From: Candidatus Daviesbacteria bacterium RIFCSPHIGHO2_02_FULL_43_12
Lineage (GTDB): Bacteria; Patescibacteriota; Microgenomatia; Daviesbacterales; UBA10151
Direction of reading: 5' to 3'
NCBI GenBank assembly: GCA_001776775.1
Contig: MFDD01000015.1
Span: 7,969-68,022, forward strand
Length of the DNA: 60,054 nt
Shown: piece by piece, positions 17,374 to 27,917 of the stretch
Numbering within the stretch: position 1 is the stretch's first letter
Layout of the letters: each line of letters opens with the position of its first letter
Position numbers and translations under genes: made by a program
The notes under the pieces: generated by a model
Seen by the model: only the letters and a program-made list of their open reading frames with translations
Database searches by the model: none
What the model was told of the DNA's origin: nothing

Positions 17374-18258
17374 ATGGAACATATATCTTTAGCCGCTGAA
17401 AAAATTGGCCAAGTTGGTTTCTTACCGATTACCAATACGCTGATCGTCAGTTGGATTATTGTAATAGTCTTGGCGGTTTTGGGATACATGGCTGGTAAAA
17501 ATGTCCACATGGTCCCATCCGGTCTGCAGAATCTTTTTGAGTCTATTTTGGAACCCTTATGGGATATGACCCGTGAGATGGCTCATGCTAGGGCCCGAAC
17601 CTTCTTTCCGATTATTGCTACTTTTTTTCTGTATATTCTGCTAGCTAATTGGTTTGGACTTTTTCCGGGGTTTGGCACCATCGGTTTCTGGGAGACGAAG
17701 AAAGTTGAGCCGAAAGCTATTAGTCAGGAGCAGTTAGCTACTGGTCAGCCAGGTGCTGAAAGTAAAGAAGCTGGGACATCGGCTCAGCAAAATTTGGCTG
17801 GGTCTGCAGTCACCCAGACCTCGATAGCAGAAGCTCCTCACACCGAGAGAACCTTTGTTCCTTTTTTCCGCTCACTTAATGCCGATTTAAATATGACACT
17901 GGGTTTGGCTTTAGCCTCGGTAGTGATAACCCATATTCTCGCTCTTCGTTTTTTAGGTTTCTGGGGTTATATTAGTAAATGGATCTCTTTAAATCCAATC
18001 ATGTTATTTGTAGGTTTGTTGGAGCTTGTGTCCGAGGGAACAAAAGTCCTCTCGCTAAGTTTGCGACTTTTTGGTAATATATTCGCGGGCGAGGTAGTTT
18101 TATCAACTATCTCTAATTTGTTAGCATTTATAGCCCCGTTGCCGTTTTACTTTCTGGAAATAATTGTTGGAGTTGTTCAGGCAGCAGTATTTATGTTACT
18201 AACCTTGGTTTTTATGACACTTTTATCAGAAAAGCATGTCGGAGCAGAGGAACATTAA
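17374..18258 (+). CDS. atpB: F-type ATP synthase subunit a, with a ~45-55 aa hydrophilic insertion
   Basis: ...LSLRLFGNIFAGE... conserved Arg motif. Position is first in the atp operon. Confidence 0.9.
   Translation: MEHISLAAEKIGQVGFLPITNTLIVSWIIVIVLAVLGYMAGKNVHMVPSGLQNLFESILEPLWDMTREMAHARARTFFPIIATFFLYILLANWFGLFPGFGTIGFWETKKVEPKAISQEQLATGQPGAESKEAGTSAQQNLAGSAVTQTSIAEAPHTERTFVPFFRSLNADLNMTLGLALASVVITHILALRFLGFWGYISKWISLNPIMLFVGLLELVSEGTKVLSLSLRLFGNIFAGEVVLSTISNLLAFIAPLPFYFLEIIVGVVQAAVFMLLTLVFMTLLSEKHVGAEEH
17715..17842. repeat. Degenerate copy of the in-frame palindromic element (inside atpB, opposite genomic orientation)
   Basis: AGCTATTAGTCAGGAGCAGTTAGCT encodes AISQEQLA..QP.., paralleling ISQELLV..QPA (recG) and NSQELLA..QPA (murE). 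TCAGGAGC at 17724-17731 and GCTCCTCA at 17833-17840 form its inverted ends. Confidence 0.45.
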
Positions 18259-18261
18259 GCT

Positions 18262-18345
18262 TAGTTGAGGAGTTGGTTGTTGGTAGTTCGTAGCGAGAAC
18301 AGAAATATTGTTTTCACACCGAACTCCGAACAACTAACTAATGAC
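18262..18345. repeat. Heptamer-word palindrome between atpB and atpE
   Basis: TAGTTGA GGAGTTG GTTGTTG GTAGTTC GTAGCGA ... ACCGAAC TCCGAAC AACTAAC TAATGAC. Confidence 0.6.
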
Positions 18346-18350
18346 TATAA

Positions 18351-18573
<223 letters not shown>

Positions 18574-18575
<2 letters not shown>

Positions 18576-18660
18576 TCAACAGCTATCAGTCATCAGTCGT
18601 CAGCAAGATCATCAGGATGCTTGTTTGTTTTAAAAGTCTGACAGCTGATAGCTGAAGACT
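18574..18660. repeat. Heptamer-word hairpin between atpE and atpF
   Basis: AGTCAACAGCTATCAG TCATCAG TCGTCAGC faces GTCTGACAGCTGATAGCTGAAGACT, with a 10-bp perfect CAGCTATCAG/CTGATAGCTG core. It shares the AGCTATCAG word with the murE element end. Confidence 0.7.
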
Positions 18661-18672
18661 AAAATCTTTAAC

Positions 18673-19167
18673 ATGGAGACAGTCATTAAAACATTTGGGG
18701 TTCAACCAATCTTGCTGGCCGCACAAGTGGTCAACTTCTTGGTTCTTCTTTTTCTGCTCAAAAAATTTGCCTATAAACCAATTCTCAAAATGCTAGATGC
18801 CCGCCGAGAAAAAATTGCCTTAAGCCTAAAGCAGGCCGAACAGATCGAAAACAGACTTCAGGCGATTGAAGCAGAAAAAGATCAAAGGCTGAAAGCTGCG
18901 GCAAAAGAAGCTCAGGCGATTATTAGTGAAGCGACCAAATCTGGTGCGCAGCTCATTGAGGAAGCTCGTCAAAAGGCGTCTGAAGACATTAAAGTTTTAT
19001 TGAAAAAAAATGAGGAAGCAATGGCCAGAGAACACGATCTCTTGCAAAAGCAGATCAAAGCAGAGCTGTCAGAGATGATAGTGATTGGTCTGACCAAAGT
19101 AGCAAAAAAAGTTTTGACCGAAAAAGATAAAAACATGCTGGTTTCCGAGACTATTCGAAGCATTTAA
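18673..19167 (+). CDS. atpF: F-type ATP synthase subunit b
   Basis: N-terminal TM helix plus a long charged coiled coil (...ARREKIALSLKQAEQ...). Operon position. Confidence 0.85.
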   Translation: METVIKTFGVQPILLAAQVVNFLVLLFLLKKFAYKPILKMLDARREKIALSLKQAEQIENRLQAIEAEKDQRLKAAAKEAQAIISEATKSGAQLIEEARQKASEDIKVLLKKNEEAMAREHDLLQKQIKAELSEMIVIGLTKVAKKVLTEKDKNMLVSETIRSI

Positions 19168-19172
19168 TTTAT

Positions 19173-19568
19173 ATGACTAAAACACCAAAGGTCTTAAATA
19201 TTATTTATCAGGCTGTAGAAGACAGCTTTGTTAATCAAACTCTTTCCGAAAAAAAAGTTCACCAGTTTTTTAAGATTTTTGCGGAACTACGTTCAGCAGA
19301 CGCGATTTACTGTCTACGGATATATTTGCAGGGCCTCAAAAAGTATATCCAAAAACGAACCTTGGTTATTGAGTCTCCGGTCTCCTTATCTCTTGTCGAC
19401 CAAAACAATATTAGGGATAATTTAAGTAAGTCTTATTCAATAACGAAGAGTTTGGTGAAACTGGATAGCTCTCTTCTGGGAGGACTACGCATTAAAATTG
19501 GTGACGTGATCCTGGATGATTCAGTAAAATCGAGAATTAGTCAGTTAGGGGAAGCAATTAGAAACTAG
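19173..19568 (+). CDS. atpH: F-type ATP synthase subunit delta, short form (131 aa)
   Basis: C-terminal ...LLGGLRIKIGDVILDDSVKSRISQL matches the delta/OSCP C-terminus. About 50 aa shorter than typical. Confidence 0.7.
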   Translation: MTKTPKVLNIIYQAVEDSFVNQTLSEKKVHQFFKIFAELRSADAIYCLRIYLQGLKKYIQKRTLVIESPVSLSLVDQNNIRDNLSKSYSITKSLVKLDSSLLGGLRIKIGDVILDDSVKSRISQLGEAIRN

Positions 19569-19592
19569 TGACAAATAACTAGTAACAAACAT

Positions 19593-21086
19593 ATGGCAGA
19601 TTTAATTTCAACAATTGAGAAACAGATTAAACAGCTGGAGACCAAGGCCATCAGGCAAAATGTGGGTGTGGTGACCGAAATCGGTGACGGAATTGCGCGT
19701 ATTGAAGGTTTATCCGAAGCCAGAGCTTCGGAATTGCTCAAATTTAAAGATGGAATTTATGGCCTAGCGCTTAATCTTGAAAAATATAACGTGGGTGCGG
19801 TTATCCTAGGCGACTTTACTCAGGTTAAGGAAGGTGACGAGGTCCAAACTACCGGAGAGGTGCTGGAGATACCTGTCGGAGAGGCTTTAGTAGGCCGGGT
19901 GGTTGATCCTTTGGGTAATCCGCTTGATGGTAAGGGTAAAGTCATAACCAAACAAAAAAATCCCCTGGAAAAGGTTGCCCCTGGAGTGATCACTCGTCAA
20001 GGCGTGACCGTACCGTTGCAAACTGGTATCAAGGCCATCGATGCTATGATTCCAGTGGGTAGAGGTCAACGGGAGCTGATTATTGGTGACCGGAACACTG
20101 GTAAAACGACAATTGCCATCGACACCATCGTGAACCAAAAGGACGTCATATGTATCTATGTGGCCATTGGCCAAAAAGTTTCTAAGATCGCTCAACTTGT
20201 GGCAAAATTAGAAGAGTTAGGCGCCATGAATCATACCATTATCGTCAATGCTTCGGCTTCCGACCCGGCTTCGATGCAGTATATCGCCCCTTATGCTGGG
20301 TGTGCGATCGGCGAATATTTTATGGAGCAAGGGAAAGATGCCTTGATTATCTATGATGATTTATCCAAGCATGCTTGGGCCTATCGGCAGATGTCTTTGC
20401 TTCTTCGTCGACCTTCTGGGCGTGAAGCATATCCGGGAGATGTGTTTTATCTGCATTCGCGTCTTTTAGAAAGAGCGGCCAGGTTAAATAAAGATTCCGG
20501 AGGAGGGTCTCTAACTGCCTTGCCTATTATTGAAACTCAGGCTGGAGACGTTTCCGCTTATATCCCTACCAATGTGATCTCTATTACCGATGGTCAGATA
20601 TATCTGGAATCCGATCTCTTCTATGCCGGGATGAGGCCCGCCATCAACGCCGGACTATCTGTATCAAGGGTAGGTGGTTCTGCCCAAACAAAAGCGATGA
20701 AAGCAGTCGCTGGCAAACTTCGGCTGGATCTGGCTCAATTTAGAGAACTGCAGGCTTTTTCTCAATTCAGTTCCGACCTTGATCCGCAAACCAGGTCTCT
20801 GATTGAAAGAGGTCGCCGGGTTACTGAGGTCTTAAAGCAGCCTCCTTTTGCCCCGGTCCCGCTAGCGCAGCAAGTGGTCACTCTGTGGGTGGCAACTCAA
20901 GGGTATCTTGATGAAATTGAGTTGACCAAAGTTAATAGCTATATCGAAGATCTGCTCCAATTTATCAAAACTAAGCCTAAAAAAACTAATCCTTTAGTCA
21001 AAATCGACGAGGAAAAGGTTTTATCAGAAGAGACTATCAAAGTACTAAAAGAATTAGTTGCCTCTTTCCAAAAAACCCTTTCCTAG
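19593..21086 (+). CDS. atpA: F-type ATP synthase subunit alpha
   Basis: GDRNTGKT Walker A, ...[12 protein letters not shown]..., ...[21 protein letters not shown]... Confidence 0.97.
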   Translation: MADLISTIEKQIKQLETKAIRQNVGVVTEIGDGIARIEGLSEARASELLKFKDGIYGLALNLEKYNVGAVILGDFTQVKEGDEVQTTGEVLEIPVGEALVGRVVDPLGNPLDGKGKVITKQKNPLEKVAPGVITRQGVTVPLQTGIKAIDAMIPVGRGQRELIIGDRNTGKTTIAIDTIVNQKDVICIYVAIGQKVSKIAQLVAKLEELGAMNHTIIVNASASDPASMQYIAPYAGCAIGEYFMEQGKDALIIYDDLSKHAWAYRQMSLLLRRPSGREAYPGDVFYLHSRLLERAARLNKDSGGGSLTALPIIETQAGDVSAYIPTNVISITDGQIYLESDLFYAGMRPAINAGLSVSRVGGSAQTKAMKAVAGKLRLDLAQFRELQAFSQFSSDLDPQTRSLIERGRRVTEVLKQPPFAPVPLAQQVVTLWVATQGYLDEIELTKVNSYIEDLLQFIKTKPKKTNPLVKIDEEKVLSEETIKVLKELVASFQKTLS

Positions 21087-21117
21087 ATCCGGGAAAATCT
21101 GGTATCCTTAAGTAGAG

Positions 21118-21714
21118 ATGAAAATTATTCGCAGGATCGGAGCACTTTATTTTTTACTAATCGGCAGCTTTGAGGTCTATGCCCAGTTTCGGAATACTAT
21201 TTTTACCTCTTTAGGGAATGAATTAATATCTCAGGTGATCTATTTAAGTTTAGGTTTGGTTCTAGTTTATACAGCCTTTTGCTTATGGAAAAACCGGCGA
21301 AATTTTTTACCTTTTGTGTTTGGGCTCCTCTGTTTGGTCGGAACATACTCTCTCTTTAGTGTTTATATTTTAACCTATAACACGTCCGAGCTTTTAACGA
21401 CACAGCTCCAGCAGGTTATTTACTACCTGACGCCGATTTTACTGCTTTTTGGGATCTTAAGAAATCAGGCTAACGAGCATGACGGCCCATTGGTCAGAAA
21501 GTTTGTCAATATTTCTCTAGTGAACGGGCGGGCTCTGGTCTATCTGATCTATCTTTCCGGGGTGATCCTGATTCTAACTGGGATAATCACTGTGGAAGTT
21601 TTTCATGCTCCTCTGGCCGTTACCAATAAGACGCTAAATTCAATTTTACTCTTAGGGATAGGATTTTTGATATATCTCTACTTAAATTTTCACCGGAAAA
21701 GAAGTCAGTCTTGA
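21118..21714 (+). CDS. Unknown multi-TM membrane protein inserted after atpA
   Basis: About 6 hydrophobic segments. No motif recognised. Confidence 0.5.
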   Translation: MKIIRRIGALYFLLIGSFEVYAQFRNTIFTSLGNELISQVIYLSLGLVLVYTAFCLWKNRRNFLPFVFGLLCLVGTYSLFSVYILTYNTSELLTTQLQQVIYYLTPILLLFGILRNQANEHDGPLVRKFVNISLVNGRALVYLIYLSGVILILTGIITVEVFHAPLAVTNKTLNSILLLGIGFLIYLYLNFHRKRSQS

Positions 21715-22997
21715 GGTAGATATTTTTTGACCACTTTGACATCGCTCCAGGGAACTTCTCCCTGTCCTAAGTTCATGGACTGCTCATGTCCTTTACCGGT
21801 AATAACGATAAAGTCTCCCCGCTCGGCCATGGAGAGAGCAAATTTAATCGCTTCTTCCCTGTCGGGAATTTCAAACAATAGCTTGCCTTTAGCTATCAGC
21901 TCGCCTCGCTTCGCGGTCGAAGCGGGCTGATGGCTGTTAGCTTTTATAATATTTTTTTGCTGGCTAATAGCTAATAGCTCCTGACTGTTGACTAATTCTT
22001 TGAATTCTTTAGTCACCCCTGACCTTATATCCTTGTTGATCTTACTAACACTCTCATGGCGAGGATCCTCGGCAGTTAAAATAATAATATCGGAGTATTT
22101 AGAAGAAGCCTTACCCATAAAGGGACGTTTAGAGGAGTCCCGCTCACCCGCTGAACCGAAGACATGGATTAAACGAGCTTTAGTCTTTCTTTTAAGATCG
22201 GATAATATCTGCAAAAAAGCCTGGGGAGTATGGGCAAAATCCACCATGACGGAAAAATTCTTATTATAAAGCATCTCTTGTCTACCAATCGGGGCGCTAA
22301 AGCTTAAAAGAGCCCTTCTGATGTCCTGATCCGCTATTTTTAATCTCTTGGCCACCGCGATTGCTGCCAGTGAATTAGCGCGATTAAAGTGACCTAAAAG
22401 CCTAGTGTTAAAGGGGTACTTGCGAGGAGTAAAACTGGCTTTTTGGTTAGTTAGTGAATATGTATAAACAATCTTTTTTTGCAGTGACCTTTTAACTAAT
22501 CCAAAGGACTTATCGTCCATATTCAGGACTGCGACCTTGGCTTTTTTAAGCAGTTTTAATTTGGCCGCCAGATACTTGTTGTACGTTTTATGGTAATCCA
22601 GATGTTCATGGGTGATATTGGTCAGTACGGCGATATCAAAAGAAATCCCGGCAACTCTATTTTGATCAAGAGCATGAGACGTTGTTTCTAAAACGAGATA
22701 CTGCATTCCAGCTTTTTTGGCTCGACTGATATATTTATTCAAAGCCATGCTACTAGGTGTAGTAACATGAAAGCCAGTGTCAATAGCCTTGTCTCCAAGA
22801 TAGGCGCCGATGGTGGTAATCATGGCGACTTTAAGGCCTGCCTCATTGAGGATGTGATAGATTAAACTGGATGTAGTAGTTTTGCCATCAGTTCCGGTCA
22901 CTCCAATCACGGTCATTTGGCGGGAGGGAAAACCATAGCGAGTATTAGCGATAAGCGCTCTTCCCAGATGATAAGTGTTTTTTAATGTACGTAACAT
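21705..22997 (-). CDS. murE: UDP-MurNAc-tripeptide synthetase MurE (carries an in-frame repeat insertion)
   Basis: VIGVTGTDGKTTT P-loop, DFAHTP, FGSAGERD..KRP.MG, TAEDPR, ITGKGHE. The start is set at MLRTLKN...; the ORF-track start at 23162 would overlap murD by 100 nt. Confidence 0.85.
   Translation of the reverse strand: MLRTLKNTYHLGRALIANTRYGFPSRQMTVIGVTGTDGKTTTSSLIYHILNEAGLKVAMITTIGAYLGDKAIDTGFHVTTPSSMALNKYISRAKKAGMQYLVLETTSHALDQNRVAGISFDIAVLTNITHEHLDYHKTYNKYLAAKLKLLKKAKVAVLNMDDKSFGLVKRSLQKKIVYTYSLTNQKASFTPRKYPFNTRLLGHFNRANSLAAIAVAKRLKIADQDIRRALLSFSAPIGRQEMLYNKNFSVMVDFAHTPQAFLQILSDLKRKTKARLIHVFGSAGERDSSKRPFMGKASSKYSDIIILTAEDPRHESVSKINKDIRSGVTKEFKELVNSQELLAISQQKNIIKANSHQPASTAKRGELIAKGKLLFEIPDREEAIKFALSMAERGDFIVITGKGHEQSMNLGQGEVPWSDVKVVKKYLPQD
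21891..21986. repeat. In-frame palindromic insertion element, copy 2 (inside murE)
   Basis: AGCTATCAGCT...core 21898-21929 is identical to recG 12395-12426...TGGCTAA TAGCTAA TAGCTCC TGAC. Encodes SQELLAISQQKNIIKANSHQPASTAKRGELIA. Confidence 0.8.
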
Positions 22998-23061
22998 ATT
23001 ACTCTGTGGATTCACGATACATGATACAAGATTCATGAATCCTGTATCTTCAATCTTGAAT

Positions 23062-24441
23062 CTAGTTAAGCTTTCGGACTCTTTCTTTGAACTGGTCTCC
23101 CCTGTCTTTGTAGTTTTTAAACATATCAAAACTAGCACACGCCGGAGAAAGGATGACCACATCCCCAGGCTCGGCTATCTCGGCAGCTTTACTAACGATC
23201 TCCTCCATATTCTTACAACCTTCAATAATCCTAATTCTTAACCCTGCATTCTGAATTCTTAATTTGATCTGTGGCCATTCGATCCCAATCCCGATAATGG
23301 CTTTGATTGTTGAATCGTGACTAATCAGTTCTCCTAACTCACTAAAATCACTCTTTTTAGGAGATCCACCGAGAATTAAAATCTTGGGAGCCTTAAAGGC
23401 TTTGATAGCAGCGATAGATGGTGAGGGAGCCGTGGCAAATGAATCGTCGTAATATTTAACTCCCTTTAAATTCCGGACTAGCTCTAATCGATGTGGTAAG
23501 CCTTTAAAGTTTTTAACCGCCTCCCGAATTGCTTCGGTAGAGATTCCGATAATTTTAGCTGCCATAACCGCTGCGCAGACATTTTCCCAGTTATGTTTAC
23601 CGGGGATAAAGACCTCCGAGACATCGATTATATCTTCTCCCTCGCAGATGATTTTTTGGTTAGAAACATAACATCCCCTGGTCACTTCTCTTGAGCTGCT
23701 TATTTCGAATAGCTTGGCCTTGGACCCGGCAATCACTTGGCTGGTGTTAGCATAATCCGTATTGGCTATCAGATAATCCTGGTCTGTTTGCCAGGTAGTT
23801 ATCGCTCGTTTCGCCTCGGTGTAGCTATCAATTGATTTATGAACCTCCAGATGGTCTTCGGTGACCATTAAAACTACGGCGATATGGGGGCTTAGTTTCA
23901 AGTCCTGCAGCTGGAAACTAGACAGCTCTAACACCACCAGTGATGCAGGATTAAGCTTGTCCAAAAAACTTAAAGGCGAGTTACCGATATTGCCCCCCAA
24001 AAAAACATCGTCTTCTTCCATTTTGATAATCTCATAAATTAAAGTGCTGGTCGTGCCCTTACCCTTGGTTCCTGTTACTCCGATAATCGGACATGGACAA
24101 AGGTCAAAGAAGATTTGGGTAGTAGAGGTGATCTTAATCCCCAGCTGTTTTGCTTGTTTAATAGGTTGGCTATCTATGGGTACTCCTGGAGAGCGGACAA
24201 GTAATTCAAAAGATGAATCAATCTTTTGAGACTCAAATTCAAACACCACCCCCCTTTTCTCCAACCTTTTGATGGTTTGAGACTCAAAACCTTGACGAGG
24301 TTTAAGATCGAAGACGACAATTTTGGAAGCCTTCTGCAGAAGTGAAAATTCTATAGCCGACTCACCTTCTATGCCAAACCCAAGCACGCCCACTTTTTTA
24401 TCTTTGAAACTATCAAGTTCCATAAGGCTATTATACGTCAT
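23062..24441 (-). CDS. murD: UDP-MurNAc-L-Ala--D-Glu ligase MurD
   Basis: N-terminal Rossmann GVLGFGIEG, IIGVTGTKGKGTT P-loop, ...GLPHRLE..., typical MurD length. Confidence 0.9.
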   Translation of the reverse strand: MTYNSLMELDSFKDKKVGVLGFGIEGESAIEFSLLQKASKIVVFDLKPRQGFESQTIKRLEKRGVVFEFESQKIDSSFELLVRSPGVPIDSQPIKQAKQLGIKITSTTQIFFDLCPCPIIGVTGTKGKGTTSTLIYEIIKMEEDDVFLGGNIGNSPLSFLDKLNPASLVVLELSSFQLQDLKLSPHIAVVLMVTEDHLEVHKSIDSYTEAKRAITTWQTDQDYLIANTDYANTSQVIAGSKAKLFEISSSREVTRGCYVSNQKIICEGEDIIDVSEVFIPGKHNWENVCAAVMAAKIIGISTEAIREAVKNFKGLPHRLELVRNLKGVKYYDDSFATAPSPSIAAIKAFKAPKILILGGSPKKSDFSELGELISHDSTIKAIIGIGIEWPQIKLRIQNAGLRIRIIEGCKNMEEIVSKAAEIAEPGDVVILSPACASFDMFKNYKDRGDQFKERVRKLN

Positions 24442-24494
24442 CGAGAATCCTCATTGTCTAAATGGGGTCCTTTAGGATAAAATCTAATCGCTTT

Positions 24495-25361
24495 ATGGCC
24501 AATACCCGAGAACTAAGACGCCGAATTAAATCCGTTAAAAATACCGCTCAGATAACCAAAGCGATGCAAATGGTGGCCGCCACCAAAATGCGTCGGGCGG
24601 AGGCGCAGGCGATGGCCGGCAGACCCTATTTACAGGTTGTGGCAAAATCTTTACAGAAGCTATTTAGATCCCCACAAGCCAGATCTTATCAAAACCCCTT
24701 ACTCAATTCCACAGAAAAAGGGGCGACAGGAATACTGCTTCTCTCAACAGACAAGAGCTTATGCGGAGCTTTGAATGCTAACTTGCTTCGTTTTACTCAT
24801 AAGTTTATGCAAAATATCGAGCATCCGGTTTTTTATACGGTTGGTAAAAAAGGACGAAATTTTGTAGTTAAAATGTCGCAAGAATTATTTGCCGATTTCG
24901 AAAACAATGATTCTGTCAGTTTTCAGGAAGGTGCACAAATGGCAAAGATGATGGCAGCCAGTTTTTTGAAAGGTGAGTTAAAAAACGCTTTTATTATCTA
25001 CCCTCATTTTATCTCGGCCTTGACCCAAGAACCGCGGGCATCTCAGCTACTCCCTCTCGACAAAAAGGCTTTTACCGAAGTAGAGCTTGAAAATGAAGGT
25101 AGCGAAGACTATCTCCTGGAACCAAAGGCTCAAGACCTCCTGGACTATTTAATCACCCATTTCTACGAAACAACAACCTATCAGGCCTTATTGGAAACTA
25201 AAGCCTCAGAACATTCAGCTAGGATGCTTGCCATGCAAAATGCCACAGATAACGCCAAGGAGCTTGCCGGAGACCTAAACCTTTTGTATAATCAAACACG
25301 TCAAGCTTCAATTACTAATGAGCTTTTGGAGATAACCTCAGCTGTGGCAGCACTAGAATAG
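24495..25361 (+). CDS. atpG: F-type ATP synthase subunit gamma
   Basis: MANTRELRRRIKSVKNTAQITKAMQMVAATKMRRA canonical N-terminus and ...ITNELLEI..GA.AL C-terminus. Confidence 0.93.
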   Translation: MANTRELRRRIKSVKNTAQITKAMQMVAATKMRRAEAQAMAGRPYLQVVAKSLQKLFRSPQARSYQNPLLNSTEKGATGILLLSTDKSLCGALNANLLRFTHKFMQNIEHPVFYTVGKKGRNFVVKMSQELFADFENNDSVSFQEGAQMAKMMAASFLKGELKNAFIIYPHFISALTQEPRASQLLPLDKKAFTEVELENEGSEDYLLEPKAQDLLDYLITHFYETTTYQALLETKASEHSARMLAMQNATDNAKELAGDLNLLYNQTRQASITNELLEITSAVAALE

Positions 25362-25367
25362 AATTAA

Positions 25368-26789
<1,422 letters not shown>

Positions 26790-26801
26790 TCTTTCTAATT
26801 T

Positions 26802-26830
26802 TTGCTTCTTCTCTTTAGATTGTGTATAAT
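26802..26830 (+). promoter_or_regulatory. Sigma70-like promoter for the wHTH regulator gene
   Basis: TTGCTT (26802-26807), a 17-nt spacer, then TATAAT (26825-26830). The ATG is at 26847. Confidence 0.35.
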
Positions 26831-26846
26831 CTCCACTATAGGTTAT

Positions 26847-27917
26847 ATGAAAGTATTCCATAAACAGATAATAACCCCGACTGATCTTAAGGTGATTAAC
26901 GCAGCGGTTCAAGATGTACTAGCCGCTGAACCAACAGCTGTAATCTCGATGATTTCGAATGGAAAGGGATCCTTATACAGATATTTAGTTGAGGAGTGTT
27001 TACTAAAGGATTTCCCCTTCGCCGTAATTTACTTAAATGCCATCAAAGAAGAACAGCTCGACCCATTTTTGAAGGTAATTAGAAAACAGAAGGGTCCAAC
27101 TCTAGTTGTTGCGCATCTCACGGTGGGGAAAGATATTTCTTGGTTTATCAATGAACTCGAAGCTTTAAGAAAAGAGAAAGCAAAGAAATTCACTACTTTG
27201 ATTTTTGCAAACCTCAGAGAAACCTGGGATGCGCTGGCATTACAAAGAAAATTATTATCTGGTTCTCTGTATATCATGAAACCCCTAAATTTGGAGGAAG
27301 CGGATTATCTGTTAACTAGATTCGAGACTATTTTCCAAACGACTCTGCCGAAGGCTCAAAAACAAGCTATTATTGAGCTAAGTGGCGGTCACAGAGGCTT
27401 AATTAAGGCGATATTTTTAGGCTTAAAAAACAATCCTGATTTAAAATTAGCACTCCCCAGTCTGTTAAATTGCGATAGCGTGGTCTTCCGTCTTCAAGAA
27501 ATTGCTGAAGAATTAGGCGAAGAAAGATTAGAGCAACTTTTAAGAATTACCTCTGCTAGTCACTATCTTGAAAGATATGGATATATCAAAAATGGAGCTA
27601 TCTTTACCAGTCTCCTCACAGAATATATCAGGATATATAGTCCGCATTTAATAGAGAGAGTCTTGCGGGACAAAACCTTAAACTTTACACCACAAGAGAT
27701 GATAGTCTTTAATTTGTTAAAGCAAAATATAAACAAAGTGGTTAAAAGAGAGGTAATAGCTCAAGCTATTTGGGAGCAAGATTGGGAAGAGAAGTATTCT
27801 GATTGGGCTATCGATATGTTGATCTATCGGATCAGATCGAAAATTAAATCCTTCTTCCCGGAGTACAGGCTACAAACTAAAAGAGGATCTGGCTTTATTT
27901 TACTTTCTAGTAATTAA
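26847..27917 (+). CDS. OmpR/PhoB-type winged-helix regulator fused to a non-receiver, degenerate P-loop-NTPase-like N-terminal domain
   Basis: The C-terminus ...LTPQEMIVFNLL...VVKREVIAQAIW......AIDMLIYRIRSKI.....LQTKRGSGFIL is the trans_reg_C pattern. The N-terminus has SNGKGS (imperfect Walker A) and ELSGGHRGLI, reminiscent of STAND/ORC-like ATPases. Confidence 0.6.
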   Translation: MKVFHKQIITPTDLKVINAAVQDVLAAEPTAVISMISNGKGSLYRYLVEECLLKDFPFAVIYLNAIKEEQLDPFLKVIRKQKGPTLVVAHLTVGKDISWFINELEALRKEKAKKFTTLIFANLRETWDALALQRKLLSGSLYIMKPLNLEEADYLLTRFETIFQTTLPKAQKQAIIELSGGHRGLIKAIFLGLKNNPDLKLALPSLLNCDSVVFRLQEIAEELGEERLEQLLRITSASHYLERYGYIKNGAIFTSLLTEYIRIYSPHLIERVLRDKTLNFTPQEMIVFNLLKQNINKVVKREVIAQAIWEQDWEEKYSDWAIDMLIYRIRSKIKSFFPEYRLQTKRGSGFILLSSN

